NCBI GenBank assembly: GCA_964016885.1
Contig: OZ024766.1
Coordinates: 310,001 to 374,000 of the forward strand
Length of the DNA stretch: 64,000 nt
Source of the DNA: Eledone cirrhosa
Lineage: Eukaryota
Direction: 5' to 3'
Positions within the stretch are counted from its first letter, which is position 1; each line of letters opens with the position of its first letter. Of this stretch, positions 47,513 to 61,516 are shown piece after piece. Under the pieces are notes generated by a model. That model worked only from the letters and a program-made list of their open reading frames with translations, ran no database searches and was not told where the DNA came from. A program made the position numbers and the translations under genes.

Positions 47513-50367
47513 AATCCTGGAATTCTGTGACGCAAATAACCTAACTATCTGTAACACTAACTTCAAAAAACGAGACAATCACTTGATCACCTACAGATCA
47601 GGGGAACATACCAGCCAGGTAGATTATATCCTTACCAGAAGACGTGACAGAGTGTCTGTTGTAAACACTAAATCCCTCTCCCATGAAGAATGCACCTCCC
47701 AACATAGACTGATAATTAGCGACCTCAAAGTCAAGACGAGATGTACTCAACAACAGAAGAGGACTATCCTCAGGAGAAAAATATGGAAGCTAAAGGACCC
47801 CACAACCAGTAATAAATTTAAAAGCATATGCTTTTGACAGTAAGGAAGAGCATTTAGAGTCGTACAATATAGAGGAACAGTGGGAATTCCTGAAAGCAAA
47901 CCTGCTGATGGCGGCAGACGAAGTCTGTGGCTGGAGCAGGCCTATAGGCAGGAGGAGAGTAACGTGGTGGTGGAGGAGTCAATTAAGGCCAAAAAGCAGG
48001 CTTGGAAAGTATGGCGGGATGGGGGAAGTAGAGAAGACTATCAAGTGGCCAGGAGGGAAGCTAGGAGACAAGTGTACTTCGCAAGAAGGGAAGCAGAGGA
48101 AAGAAAGTTCAAGCATGTTCTACAACGTGAGGTGTTCAGGATTGCTAGGCAATGTGTCAAGGAAAACCGTGATATTGTCGGGGAGAAGTATGTCCTTAAT
48201 GATGATGGTGTACTTGCCATCACTGACGCTGATAAGAAGGTAGCTTGGAAGTGTCACTACGAAAGGCTACTAAATGAGGAGAATAAATGGGAGAAAGACA
48301 GTCTCCCCCACATCGATCCAATAGAGGGACCAGCAGTGTTAGTCGAAGGTAGTATAATAAGTAAGGCAATCAAAGATATGAAGACGGGTAAGGCGGCTGA
48401 GCCTTCAGAAATAGTTGCTGAAATGCTGAAAGCTTCTGGTACAGTGGGACACACCATGGTCACCCGGATAGTAAACCAAGTCATACAGAATGAGGTTGTT
48501 CCAAAGGACTGGCATAGCAGCAGCATCATCATTAACTGCTACAAGGGTAAAGGAGATGCCCTAGATAGGAGTAACTATAGAGGCATTAAATTAATCGACC
48601 AGGTCATGAAGGTCACAGAAAAAGTAATAGCGCAACTAATCAGAGATAGAATTGATCTAGATGAAATGCAGTTCGGGTTTGTGTCAGGTAAAAGTACCAC
48701 AGCCGCTCTTTTCATTGTACGACAACTACAGGAGAAGTACCTAGCTAAAAGTAAACCCCTATACTTAGCTTTTGTCGACTTGGAGAAAGCCTTCGACAGA
48801 GTTCCCCGTTCTATTATCTGGTGGGCTCTTAGAAAACTAGGTGTAGATGAATGGCTTGTGAGGGCTATACAAGCCATGTATAAAGAAACAGTCAGCAAGG
48901 TTTGAATTAACAACGAATATAGTGAAGAGTTTAGCGTAAAAGTTGGTGTTCATCAGGGCTCCGTTCTTAGCCCCCTACTATTTATTATTGCCCTTCAGGC
49001 TATAACAGTGGATTTCAAGACCGGCTGCCCATGGGAACTCCTATACGCAGATGATCTAATGCTCATAGCTGAATCAATGGCCGAACTAGAGAAGAAATTC
49101 CAAACATGGAAGCATGGCCTAGAATCAAAAGGCCTTAAAATTAACTTGTCTAAGACTAAAGTTCTAGTTTGTAGGAAGGAAAATAGGGCACCGGTCCCTT
49201 CCGGGAAATGGCCATGCTCAGTGTGTAGGAAAGGAGTAGGTAGAAACTCCATTTTATGTCCCAAATGCAAAGTATGGGTGCATAAAAGATGTACTGGGAT
49301 CACAGGTAAGCTAACTAAGAACATAGATTTTATATGTGGCCGGTGCTCTGGTGCAATAAGTAGCAGCAAGTGCCCACAGAATACTAACTCCTTCCATTGC
49401 ACAGATGGTTCTATAGAAATAGTGGACACCTTCCGTTACTTGGGTGACAAAATCAGCAGTGGTGGGGGGTGCTCTGAAAGTACAGTAGCTAGAGTCAGAA
49501 CTGGATGGAAAAAGTTCCGAGAGCTTATACCACTATTAGCCGCTAAAGGGTTCTCTCTAAAAATGAAACGCAGGCTGTATGATGCCTGCATACGAACAGC
49601 AATGTTTCATGGCAGTGAGACCTGGGCATTGTGTGCAGAGGATATACGCAGACTGGAGAGGAACGAAGCTTGCATGCTCCGCTGGATGTGTAATAGTAAT
49701 ATACGTGAACGGCAAAGCATAAACGAACTAAGGGAAAAATTAGAAATAAGAGGGATCAGATGTTTACTCGAGAGAAGACTATGTTGGTATGGTCACGTGA
49801 TGTGCATGATAGACGACAGCTGTATAAAAAAGTGCAGGGCAATAAAAATAGACGGTAGCCACGGAGTAGGCAGACCCAGAAAAACCTGGGACGACTTGAT
49901 AAATTCCGATTTCACACACTTACACCTCTCCAAGACAATGTCACTGGACCGAGATCTTTGGCGCTACACAGTCATACAGAAGACCCGCCTTACCTAAGTA
50001 CAAAGTGAAACCTACTACAGTCAGTAGGCACCTCTAACAAAATACACCCCCGTCCCACCCCATCCACACCACCCCTTTCAATGTAAAGTTATGTTGGCAC
50101 CACAACATCCAGTCTGAAATAAATGAGGTTGTGTAGGTGTCACGACAAAAAAACACACAGTCCATGCTGTAATGTGGCCGTGTAGGTAACACGGTAAAAA
50201 CCTCCCAGTCCACACTGTAAACGTGGTTGGTGTTAGGAAGGGCATCCAGCTGTAGAAAACACGCCAGACAGTCCTATGCGAGCAAGACAATCACTCTTGC
50301 CTCAAGTGGGAAAACTCCCGTCCAAACCCATGCAAGCGTGGAAGATGGACGTTAAACGATGATGATG
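47513..50367 (+). mobile_element. 5'-truncated RTE-clade LINE (endonuclease C-terminus, RT, PHD-like Cys/His insert, 3' UTR, (GAT)n tail), inactivated
   Basis: Motifs QVDYIL, NYRGIKL, QFGFVSGKST, AFVDLEKAFDRV, GVHQGSVLSPLLF and LLYADDL. In-frame TGA at 48903-48905 joins the 341-aa and 329-aa ORFs; frameshifts near 47.8-48.0 kb. AACAG on both sides. Confidence 0.95.
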
Positions 50368-50569
50368 AACAGGGAATGTAGGTGTTGTCAAGAAATATAT
50401 CTAAGAAGACAACTATCAGATATGAGAACGTCTTTAATTCCACATAAAAGTAAATAATAAAATGGAAAGCAATATTTGGAGGCTGTAGAAATGCTAATGG
50501 TATCCTTGGAATGTTCTTGGACAATAAGTTTATATTTGTAAGATGAAGGAATGTGTTGGAGTGTGTAGT

Positions 50570-51261
<692 letters not shown>

Positions 51262-52050
51262 TCAGTGGTTTGGTTTGTCTCCTGTGTGAATATGCTTGTG
51301 TCTACTTAAGTGCTCATTTCGAGAAAATGACTGACCACAGATGTCACATTGATGAGGTTTCTCTCCTGTATGACTATATTTGTGTTGAGTTAAGTGAATT
51401 GATTGGGAGAATGATTTACCACAGACATCACAGTGATGTGGTTTCTCTCCTGTATGGGTATATTTGTGTCTAGTTAAGTTACCTAATCGAGAGAATGTTT
51501 TACCACAGATGTCACAGTGATGAGGCTTCTCCCCTGTATGAATATATTTGTGTTGTGTTAAATGAATTGATTGAGAGAATGATTTACCACAGATATCACA
51601 GTGATGAGGTTTCTCTCCTGTATGAATATATATGTGTCTACTTAAGTCACATGACTGAGAGAATGTTTTACCACAGATTTCACAGTGATGAGGCTTCTCT
51701 CCTGCATGACTATATTTGTGTTGAGTTAAGTGATCATTTCGAAAGAATGATTTACCACAGATATCACAGTGATGTGGTTTCTCTCCTGTATGTCTATATT
51801 TGTGTTGAGTTAAGTGATCATTTCGAGAGAATGATTTACCACAGATATCACAGGGATACGGTTTCTCTCCTGTATGACTATATTTGTGTTGAGTTAAGAG
51901 ACCATTTCGAGAGAATGATTTACCACAGATATCACAGTGATGAGGTTTCCCTCCTGTATGGCTATATTTGTGTTGAGTTAAGTGATAATTTTGAGAGAAT
52001 GATTTACCACAGATATCACAGTGGTATGATTTTTTCTTCTTCTCCGACAT
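51262..52050 (-). CDS. C2H2 zinc-finger protein, 9 fingers (ZF4, CDICGK type; closest to ZF2)
   Basis: ATG (MSEKKKK) at 52050. TGA replaces the first Cys of finger 10. Candidate acceptor at 52438-52440. Confidence 0.85.
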   Translation of the reverse strand: MSEKKKKSYHCDICGKSFSQNYHLTQHKYSHTGGKPHHCDICGKSFSRNGLLTQHKYSHTGEKPYPCDICGKSFSRNDHLTQHKYRHTGEKPHHCDICGKSFFRNDHLTQHKYSHAGEKPHHCEICGKTFSQSCDLSRHIYIHTGEKPHHCDICGKSFSQSIHLTQHKYIHTGEKPHHCDICGKTFSRLGNLTRHKYTHTGEKPHHCDVCGKSFSQSIHLTQHKYSHTGEKPHQCDICGQSFSRNEHLSRHKHIHTGDKPNH

Positions 52051-52641
52051 CTCTTTAGGAAAAAATATTTTTCTATGATACAAAATAAGGATGTTTTTTC
52101 TTGGTCTTCTTTTTATAGTTTATTCCTAACAAATATTTTCAAAGTTAAATTTCCATCAACTTTGATCTTTGTTGACATCTGAAAATGATGCAAATTCCTT
52201 TATAGATTTACCCAAGTTTAATAAGAATACTATATCTTCTTGTACACTTTCCAGATAGTGAGGAGATAAATTATTTAAGGAACCTCATTTCAGGAGAAAT
52301 ATTTCACTGTAAGTCATCAAATGCTGATATAAAAGGACTTATATAAGTTTTGTGTAAATTGTTGTTAGTTTTTAAAAGATGATATTGTTGATGTATCCGA
52401 AGTAAAAGTTTCTCTTCTGTCAACGTCTTGGGATATTCTGAAATAACAGAGAAAACAAAATAAGATATGGAGAATGTTGAAATAAAACAATATAAAGAAT
52501 TGGAAACATAGGTGGAGAAGTTAAAAACAGCTCAAAATACAGCAATCTAAAGTATAATAAAGTAAGGAGTGCAGGACTGCATACGTTTTTTTGATTTTTA
52601 TCCCGTTTGTAAAATAAGTTGGATTACTTTGAATAAATAAT

Positions 52642-52828
52642 TGTTTCTAGTTTTGGCACAAGGCCAGCAATTACCCAGTGTATTACTGGTACTTTATTTT
52701 ATCAACCCCGTAAGGATGAAAGGCAAAGTTAACCTCGGCGGGATTTGAACTCAGAATGGCAAGGGCCGTAACTCTATACGTCAAAGCATGGCGTCCGACC
52801 CTCTACCGTTACTGCCAATCCACCGCCT
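52642..52828 (-). mobile_element. Full-length tRNA-derived Meta-like SINE
   Basis: Starts GGCGGTGGATTGGCAGTAACGG and has B box GAGTTCAAATCC. 14-bp target duplication TTTGAATAAATAAT at 52628-52641 and 52829-52842. Confidence 0.85.
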
Positions 52829-53417
52829 TTTGAATAAATAATGAATGAATATTATATAATTTATCTACTCAATTTTGTGGCTGTTCATTAAATATATTTT
52901 GTTTATTTAAAGATTCACTTCTTTAAAATTTTTAAATGTCAACACTTACGGTGGCAATCACTTAAATAAACATACTAATTTTCTCCTAATGCAGTTTATA
53001 TATAATATATCTCTAGGTGTGTTGTTCATATATCCCTAACTCCTGTTGAGAAACCCTACGATTATGTGAGACAGCCACTAATTCACGGTGAAATAAACTA
53101 TCTGTAGTTTGTCCATGAGTTTAATAGTTATTGAAATGGTTAGTACATTATAATTCAACCTTTTCCAGTTAATATGTATTTTCCGTTTGTTCATAGATTA
53201 TATCCATTGCACCAAGGTGGCTTCTGACCCATGTAATTCAAAACACACTTCTTTCTGTGTTTATTTCTATATATTATATTATATTATATTATATTATATT
53301 ATATATATATGTAATAATTGATTGATAAGTATTTCAGAAAGCCATTACAATGTGGTAGAAATATATAAAGGGTAAAGGATGACAAACAAAACAAAGCAAT
53401 GTTTGTTTGTTTTTTAA

Positions 53418-53627
53418 CCCTTTAGCATTCACATTACTCCATATTTATTATTATATTTTCATGGTAAAGGCTTTACCTCACATAATTATCTCACATAATA
53501 TCGAATCTACGAGATTTTGAAAGTATTTATTTTGAGAACAATACCTTAACATCAGTTTGAGTGACCAGTTACAGCCAGTTTCAACAGAAAGAGGTAGAGA
53601 ATTCTGGCCGGTTTGAACATTAAAGGG
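53418..53627 (+). mobile_element. piggyBac-type MITE (1 internal unit)
   Basis: TTAA at 53414-53417 and 53628-53631; same TIRs as 253-725. Confidence 0.88.
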
Positions 53628-55254
53628 TTAACCAGTATATTTCAACTTACTGCAGGCTACTGAAGAAACTTGTGGCTGGAGCAGAGCTCCGTCCAACCAG
53701 ACAGAGAGTGACATGTGTCAAACAGTTTTTCAGCTAGTCCTTCACAATATTACAACCTTACTATGTACAAAACCTACAGAAAAAAAAGGATGAAAGGCAA
53801 AGTAAACCTCGGTGGGATCAAATAATGTGACCCCCAAGGTGCTCCCAGTCGACTTTTTTCCTCGGACCAGTGTTAGGGTGTCAGCTCTCCAGGAAAAATA
53901 TATTGTGAAAATCTTGGAGGTTAGATGAGTTGATAGCACACGAACAAAACAACAAAAAAGAACAGGAAAATAATTATTTTCCCACTGAAATGGAGGGGTG
54001 TGTTGTATAAATTGACCTAAACTACACATTATAATACAAGGTAGTAAACAACATGAGACGGAGGTAATTTAAATAATAAAGACACTCATAACAACAATAT
54101 ATTTTATATCACATGTAACAGTAGAATCTAGCTATTGTAAAATAAGACAACATTTCAGTCTAGAAGTATTTTCCTGTATATAAAAGTGACGAGGAAGAAA
54201 TATGTCCAAAGTTGTTAAATATTTTCACTTGTATATAATTACTGTATTGTTGAAAGGTTCACATAATTCTATTATTTACACACATTATTATAGACTTCAA
54301 GTAAATCTTTCTCAACTTACCCTCTTCACATGTAATCAATGTGTTGTCTTCTTATATTTTATTAAACAAAGAAATAATCGCCTTGCTGTTTAATTAGAAA
54401 TTCCAAAGACTTTCTCCGCTATTAACGTTGGTGTATTTTGTTAGAGTAAAGTAGAGAGGCTGACTTTGTCTTTAGCCACAGATTTGATAGGAAATATGTA
54501 CGTCTCAGTTCTCTGTGTATATACTTGGTTGATATGTGGTCCTATATGTATATATAAATATTCAATTATTTTGTTTGACCGATTTGGCTTGTCTCGTCTT
54601 TTTGGTTTAGTTGGTCGATGGCTTCTTGACCGCCATCTCAGTTTGTTTGGCCTTTATAGCCTATGTTTATTGCTCTGGTCTTTATTTAGCATAACTCAGA
54701 TATTGCGTTTCGATCTCGCTGAAATTATATTTGTGTATATATATATATATAAATATATAAATATATATCGTCCATAAATTACTGATAGCAGATATTCTGG
54801 TGAAATAGTCGTACTTCTACAACAAATTGTAGCGTAACTCTTTGTAGACAAAATTGTAAAGTAAGAATAGATATGACAGTTTAGGACTGGTGTCGGGTAA
54901 GGAAAATGTGTGTATGTATAGATATTTGCTACACAAGATATAATTAGATTAATTAAAGTTAATTAATTAAGATAGCAGGTACGCGGGGTTGTTGACATTT
55001 CCTTCCCTTGATTGACACCGGTGACTTACTTTAAAAGTCCCTGATATAACAACTGTCTTAAATAAAGGTAAATACATATTTGGCAGTGCAGTCCTAGATG
55101 TATATAAACGTGGTAGTCACGGTTGGAACACAGTTTAATAGAGATCTGTTCGATTATGTTGAGCCAAGACCTAACGAATTAAAAAAAGACTGTTAAATAT
55201 TTTTGTTTTTAATTAAATCTTAAGCCAAGACGAGGTTGTCTCCCCTTGCAGTTA

Positions 55255-55390
55255 TCAATAGTTACCTCCCTTTACGGACTGAGTTCAAATCCCTCCAAGG
55301 TTAACTTTGCCTTTCACCCTTACGCTGTCGATAAAATAAAGTACCAGTAATGTACTGAGTAATTGCTGGCTTTGTGCCAAAAGAAGAAAA
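55255..55390 (+). mobile_element. Meta-like SINE fragment
   Basis: 'gagttcaaatcc..ggttaactttgcctttcaccctt..gataaaataaagtaccagt..gctggctttgtgccaaaa'. Confidence 0.7.
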
Positions 55391-55394
55391 ACTT

Positions 55395-55680
55395 ATTCTA
55401 TATATACTATCGTATTTTCACAGTAAAGGCTTTACCTCACATAATATCTCACAACATTTACATTACTCTATATATACTATTGTATTTTCATGGTAAAGGC
55501 TTTATCTCACATAATACCTCACATAACATTTACATTACTCTATATATACTATTGTATTTTCATGGTAAAGGTTTTACCTTACATAATTATCTTACATATC
55601 AAATCTATGAGATTTGAAAGTATTTATTTTGAGAACAAAACCTTAACATCAGTTTGAATGACCAGTTAGAGCCAGTTTCA
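55395..55680 (+). mobile_element. piggyBac-type MITE lacking both ends (3 internal units)
   Basis: Internal sequence matches 253-725. It is cut on the left by a SINE and on the right by CR1 repeats. Confidence 0.75.
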
Positions 55681-56330
55681 ATGGAGGTTTTAAAGGATGC
55701 AGTGTCTCGACAGCTAACAACTGATGCAGTCGTTTGTTCCATGGAGGTTTTAAAGGATGCAGTGTCTCGACAGCTAACAACTGATGCAGTCGTTTGTTCC
55801 ATGGAGGTTTTAAAGGATGCAGTGTCTCGATAGCTAACAACTGATGCAGTAGTTTGTTCCATGGAGGTTTTAAAGGATGCAGTGTCTCGACAGCTAACAA
55901 CTGATGCAGGTAGTTTGTTCCATAGAGGTTTTAAAGGATGCAGTGTCTCGACAGCTAACAACTGATGCAGGTAGTTTGTTCCATGGAGGTTTTAAAGGAT
56001 GCAGTGTCTCGACAGCTAACAACTGATGCAGGTAGTTTGTTCCATGCTTCATCAACTCTGAGTAAGAAAACATGTTTCCGAAAGTCATGGGAGCTGTGCT
56101 GTTTTCTGACTTTGTAGGCATGCCCACGTGTGTTAGACACATGGAAATCAAAAAGGTGCTCAGAGTTGTTGTTGGAAAGATGGTAGACACCCACAAGATT
56201 ATTAACCAAGTCAGTTGCCAGACATCAGAGCAACGCATTCAGAGTATGGTAGATGCCTGATGGAGGGTATTTGCTTCATTGCACATCTCTGAACAGTTTC
56301 CAGGTCAATATTCTGAGCAAGATAGAATTT
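55681..56330 (-). mobile_element. CR1-like LINE ORF2 end with six tandem 60/61-bp copies of its terminal segment
   Basis: NTRGHAYKV..F..RVDEAWNKLPASVVSCRDTASFK matches the CR1 TRGH..WN.LP..VV...FK ending. Units at 55681, 55741, 55801, 55861, 55922 and 55983. Confidence 0.8.
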
Positions 56331-57093
56331 GCAACACTAGTCTGGAACCCCTAAGTGTGGATGTACCATACAGTTTTATAACAAATATACTAAATTGACT
56401 TCTAAATATTTCTGAGACGAGACAAGACACGGCATTGGCTCAACTGTCACAAAGTCCCTCAGTTACATACTACAGCATTGTTACAGGAGATAGCGAGGCT
56501 GAGGTGCTGAAACAGCCAAGTACACTCATCAGAATAATCACCTGATACTACAGCAAAGTGAAGCAATGGCGTGACTAAGGTGCTGAAATAGCCAAGAACT
56601 TTGACTAGGAACACTACATGATACTTCAACAAAGTAAGGTGATGGCGTGACTAAGGTACTGAAATAGCCAAGTACCTTCACCTAGGAACATTACATATAC
56701 TTTAATACAGTGAACCACCGACAATGACAAAATCCTTGTCTGAGTCACAGCTTCTCTGAATATCTTGAATACCAGATGCTGAAGAATGTCATTTACTGAT
56801 AAATCACAGTGCAGGGGTAGGTTTGGCTGACATTTCAATTTAAAATGTGAAGTTGGGGGTTAGGGTTTCAGTTATGTACTGTTCGTTTCAATATGTGGGG
56901 CTAGGGTTAGGGTTACAGTTAGGCATAGGTTGAGGTATTGTTCGTTTCAATATGAAATGTGGGGTAATAACCAAGAAACACTGAATTTTCTTGCATAGAT
57001 TAAAAATGAATTTAAGAAGACAAGGATTAGATGTGATGTGAGCAAGATTTTAATTCCAAGTAAAAAAACAAAAAACTCTTTTTGTTTGGTTCA

Positions 57094-57408
<315 letters not shown>

Positions 57409-57439
57409 TCACATATTTCACAAATAAAAAGGTTTTATT

Positions 57440-58660
57440 TCAAGTATGAGATCGTTTGTGTCTACATAAGGAACTGTTTGAGACAAAAGATTTCCCACAT
57501 ATTTCACAGTGATAAGGTTTTTCTCCAGTGTGTGTTCTTTTGTGTCTTGTTAATTCACCATTAGAGACAAAAGATTTCCCACATATTTCGCAATGGAAGG
57601 GTTTCTCTCCAGTGTGACTACGTATGTGTTTAACAAGGTTAGCATTATGAGTAAATAATTTTCCACATATTTCACAGTGAAAGGTTTTTTCACCAGTGTG
57701 TAAACGTTTGTGGAGGCAAAGATTATATTTAAGAGAGAAAGATTTCCCACATATTTCACAATGAAATGGTTTTTCTCCAGTGTGGCTACGTTTATGATCA
57801 ACTAAATGACATTTATATACAAAAGATTTCCCACATGTTTCACACATAAACGGATTTTTTCCACCATGTTTTATTTTATGGACTGCAAGATTAGAATTAT
57901 CACTGAAAGATTTACCACATATCTCACAACGATACGGTTTCTCTCCTGTGTGTGTTCGTTTGTGTTTTTTTAAGCTATCATTAGAACCAAAATATTTTCC
58001 ACATATTTCACATTGGAAGGGTTTTTCTCCAGTGTGTCTACGTTTGTGAGACATAAGATTGAAATTAGTCACAAAATATTTCCCACATATTTCACAATGA
58101 TAAGGATTTTCTCCAGTGTGACTTCGAATATGCTTAACAAGATATCCATTTACGGAGAAATATTTCCCACATATTTCACAGTGGAAGGGTTTCTCTCCAG
58201 TGTGGCTACGTATGTGTTTAACAAGGTCAGCATTATGAGTAAATAATTTTCCACATATTTCACAGTGAAAGGTTTTTTCACCAGTGTGTAAACGTTTGTG
58301 GAGACGAAGATTATATTTAAGAGAGAAAGATTTCCCACATATTTCACAATGAAATGGTTTCTCTCCAGTGTGGCTACGTTTGTGATCAACTAAATGACAT
58401 TTATATACAAAAGATTTCCCACATGTTTCACAGTGGAAGGGTTTGTTTTTAGTGTGTTTGTGTGTAGATAATTCATCTTCTGATGGGAAAGTTTTCTTAC
58501 AAACCTCACAGCTATATTCAGAAATATTTCTGTGTAATGATCCTTGTTCAGTACATGTTTCACTAGGTAAAGGTTTTTCACCACTGTATGTCTGTGTAAC
58601 TGTATCTATATTGGTAGAAACAGGTGTGGTAGAAATGTCCAAGTGTTTAACATCCTCCAT
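57440..58660 (-). CDS. C2H2 zinc-finger protein, 406 aa, 12 intact plus 1 degenerate finger (ZF5, CEICGK type; paralog of ZF1)
   Basis: The N-terminus nearly matches ZF1. Decayed fingers continue to about 57230. Confidence 0.9.
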   Translation of the reverse strand: MEDVKHLDISTTPVSTNIDTVTQTYSGEKPLPSETCTEQGSLHRNISEYSCEVCKKTFPSEDELSTHKHTKNKPFHCETCGKSFVYKCHLVDHKRSHTGEKPFHCEICGKSFSLKYNLRLHKRLHTGEKTFHCEICGKLFTHNADLVKHIRSHTGEKPFHCEICGKYFSVNGYLVKHIRSHTGENPYHCEICGKYFVTNFNLMSHKRRHTGEKPFQCEICGKYFGSNDSLKKHKRTHTGEKPYRCEICGKSFSDNSNLAVHKIKHGGKNPFMCETCGKSFVYKCHLVDHKRSHTGEKPFHCEICGKSFSLKYNLCLHKRLHTGEKTFHCEICGKLFTHNANLVKHIRSHTGEKPFHCEICGKSFVSNGELTRHKRTHTGEKPYHCEICGKSFVSNSSLCRHKRSHT

Positions 58661-59364
58661 AGCAATTCTTTAAGAATTCTTAACAGTTGAGAAATATCTG
58701 TGATTATAATATATTACAGTTTAGTTTCTTGTCTTAGATATCATAGGACTATGTTTACATGTGTGGGAAATATACAACATAGATATACTTTCTACATGCC
58801 CCTAGAAGTCTTGTAGCTAAGTGAGTCCTCTCCGGGTGGGATATATGTATTGTTTTCTATATCCAAGTTAATAAATGAAATTATGGTTCATAAATGCTAT
58901 GAAGTCTAACAAATAAATATTGTCCATAAATGACTGATAACAGATATTCTGGTGAAATAGTTGACACAGCTGCAAAGTAAGAATAAATATGACAGTGTCA
59001 GACTGGTTTTGAAGAAAGAAAATTTGTGTGTGTGTATATACATATATATATAAGCAAAAGGGATATTTAATTTGTTGGTAATTCAACAAATATATATGTT
59101 TATAACTGATTCAAAGCACTCGACAGATTTTCTGGAGCATAACATCATGGAATGACCAAATGAAGTTTATTTTTCAACACAGTTCCTGAGAAGAGTTGAA
59201 ATTAACGCATATAAGATTTCACAGCTCTAGCATCACTCCTACATTTCTTCAATTTACTACGTTGTCTCTGCTTACATATTGCCGACATACATACACACAT
59301 CTCACTCTCTCTAAATATATTCCATACTGAAAACATAGTTGGTGACTAGTGGTGAGATGCTGTG

Positions 59365-59430
59365 CTGAATAAGACCCGTCCCGCCCTTGCAAGCAGGGAA
59401 AAGCGGACGTAAAATGATGATGATGGTGAT
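59365..59430 (+). mobile_element. Very short RTE 3' end
   Basis: 'ctgaataagacccgtcccgcccttgcaagcagggaaaagcggacgtaaaatgatgatgatg' matches 10715-10775. Confidence 0.8.
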
Positions 59431-60184
59431 ATATATGTATATATATATATTGTTAAAATTCCTATATAGTATTATAACAAATTTTTCAGTATAACAATAT
59501 TTTTTCAATCCCCAGCCACACACTCGATGGGTTAGGTTGTTCTCGTTATAAAGAATTTTGTTTCAATACACGATTTCATATTTTAAAAAAACCTGCAATA
59601 TATATATATAAAATAAAAGGATGAGGCTATGTAGCCAGTCCCAGTAAAATAGACTCCCAGGATGAGTTGCGGCCAGAGTTAAGACAATTTGAAATCTTTT
59701 CCACCACCAATTGTTAAAAACCCAAGTTAAAGTCATTTAGTCGTCCATTCGTAACGTACGTTACGCTTTAGTTACATACACACACATCTACAGGTAAATA
59801 CATAAACAGATGGAGACAACAGAAGCAAGGTGCTGGTGAAACGGTATAGCGATGTGTGTTGCGTCCGTTTAGGTTTTACCGGCTACATAGCCTATTCGAA
59901 TACAAACACACAAATCCGAAAAGGACACGATACTGGTTGTATATATATCAAGGGAGGAGCAAATTTAGTTGTAGAGATTAGTTTAGCTGTTATTAAGAAA
60001 TATCAACCAAGATATTTAAAAAAAAGAATCTTCGATATGCGATAAACACGACATGTACATAAATTATGGCACACAAAAATAGATGTGTTTTGGTAGTTTG
60101 GGGAGAAAAATATAATTATTGGGAGGCAGGCAGATGTTCCCACCTCCCCGACACTGATATATAAACCCGTAAAGCAAATATTAA

Positions 60185-60321
60185 TTATTACTTCAGATTA
60201 AAAGTTTAAACCGAGAATTTCTGCTTTCCCCCTAAGCGGGAACATTTGAAAATGTTTCAGTAGACTCAGCTAAGGGTGAAAGCAGAAATTCTCGGCTTAA
60301 ACTTCTAATCTGAAGTAATAA
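60185..60321. repeat. Inverted repeat, 53-bp arms (4 mismatches) with a 31-bp loop
   Basis: 60185-60237 pairs with 60269-60321. Confidence 0.9.
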
Positions 60322-61516
60322 TAAATACATATATATAATTTCGTACTGCGCACTTTGTAATTGTTTTTTACTATATATATATATATATATATAAAGAGCG
60401 TGAAATTAATAAACCTTTGTTCGTACTGCCTCTCTGTTTTGTTCCCGTTCAATTTTTCACTATATATATATATATATATATAAAACAAACATATATGGGT
60501 GTATGTCTACATTGTCCTGTGTGTAGTCCAAATAAATCCCGATTGTTTTACACGGAGTGTAGAAAAGTACACAATATCTGCTGTGTTAACAATACAAATA
60601 ATACGTACTTTATATTTCAAGTCCAAATGTAAAGTCAAGAAAGACCAGGAAAGCTAATTGTTCAGATGTTGGTGATTTAAACCTATTTCTCACTGTCCTG
60701 TAAAATGTGGAACAACCAATTCACGATGTAGCGTAGTTTCTCATGAAATTAAATATTTAATCATGTAGGAGATGGAACACCTACCCTGGAACATGTAGCT
60801 CACTCTATGTTATCTACAGAATATTAACATGATATAATTGCAACACAGTATATAATTCCATTAATTAAGACTAGTAATTAAGAGAGAAGGTACGTGGTGA
60901 TGTAGAGACTGCTTCTCTCCCCTTAATGACGCCGGTGTTGTCCGTTAAAAATCCCTGATTTCATTTCTTCAGTTATTTCAATTGTAACCGACCCATATTA
61001 ATATTACTAACACCACGCAGTAAAATAATTATTACGTATCAACGAGGCAGTCTCTTACCGTTTTGTTCAACATGGTAGAAATAGCAGTCAAATCACTCTC
61101 TACTGTCTAAAATAGTGGAGAAGGAATTCGGCAGTAGAGTTGACAGCATGAATGGACTTGTTATTTTTCTCTAAAACCCCTTTTCCCGATTCCGCCCTGA
61201 AAGTCCTCTCAATCTTCCTAATTTCTGATACTTTCTTCTGAAACGTTAAGACCCTCTTCCTGCTATTTCAAGCGTTAAACTAATATATTCCTTCCATATA
61301 CTCTACCGTTTGTGTTGTTGTTTCTGTTTACCTTTCAAACACACACACGCACACATACATATATATATATATATAATTAAAATGTAGAGTTAGAAACTCA
61401 CAATAACTCCCTATTAGCCAGGGAGCTGCAGGAAGAGAGATCAAGCTCTTTATGAATCATAGTAATGAAAGACCCAACATATTATGGCAGACAATAAGGG
61501 ATAAAATACCACCCTA

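Noticed and set aside
56855-56935. TTAGGG-like telomeric repeats
   Set aside because: Only two or three degenerate units, too few to call an interstitial telomere.
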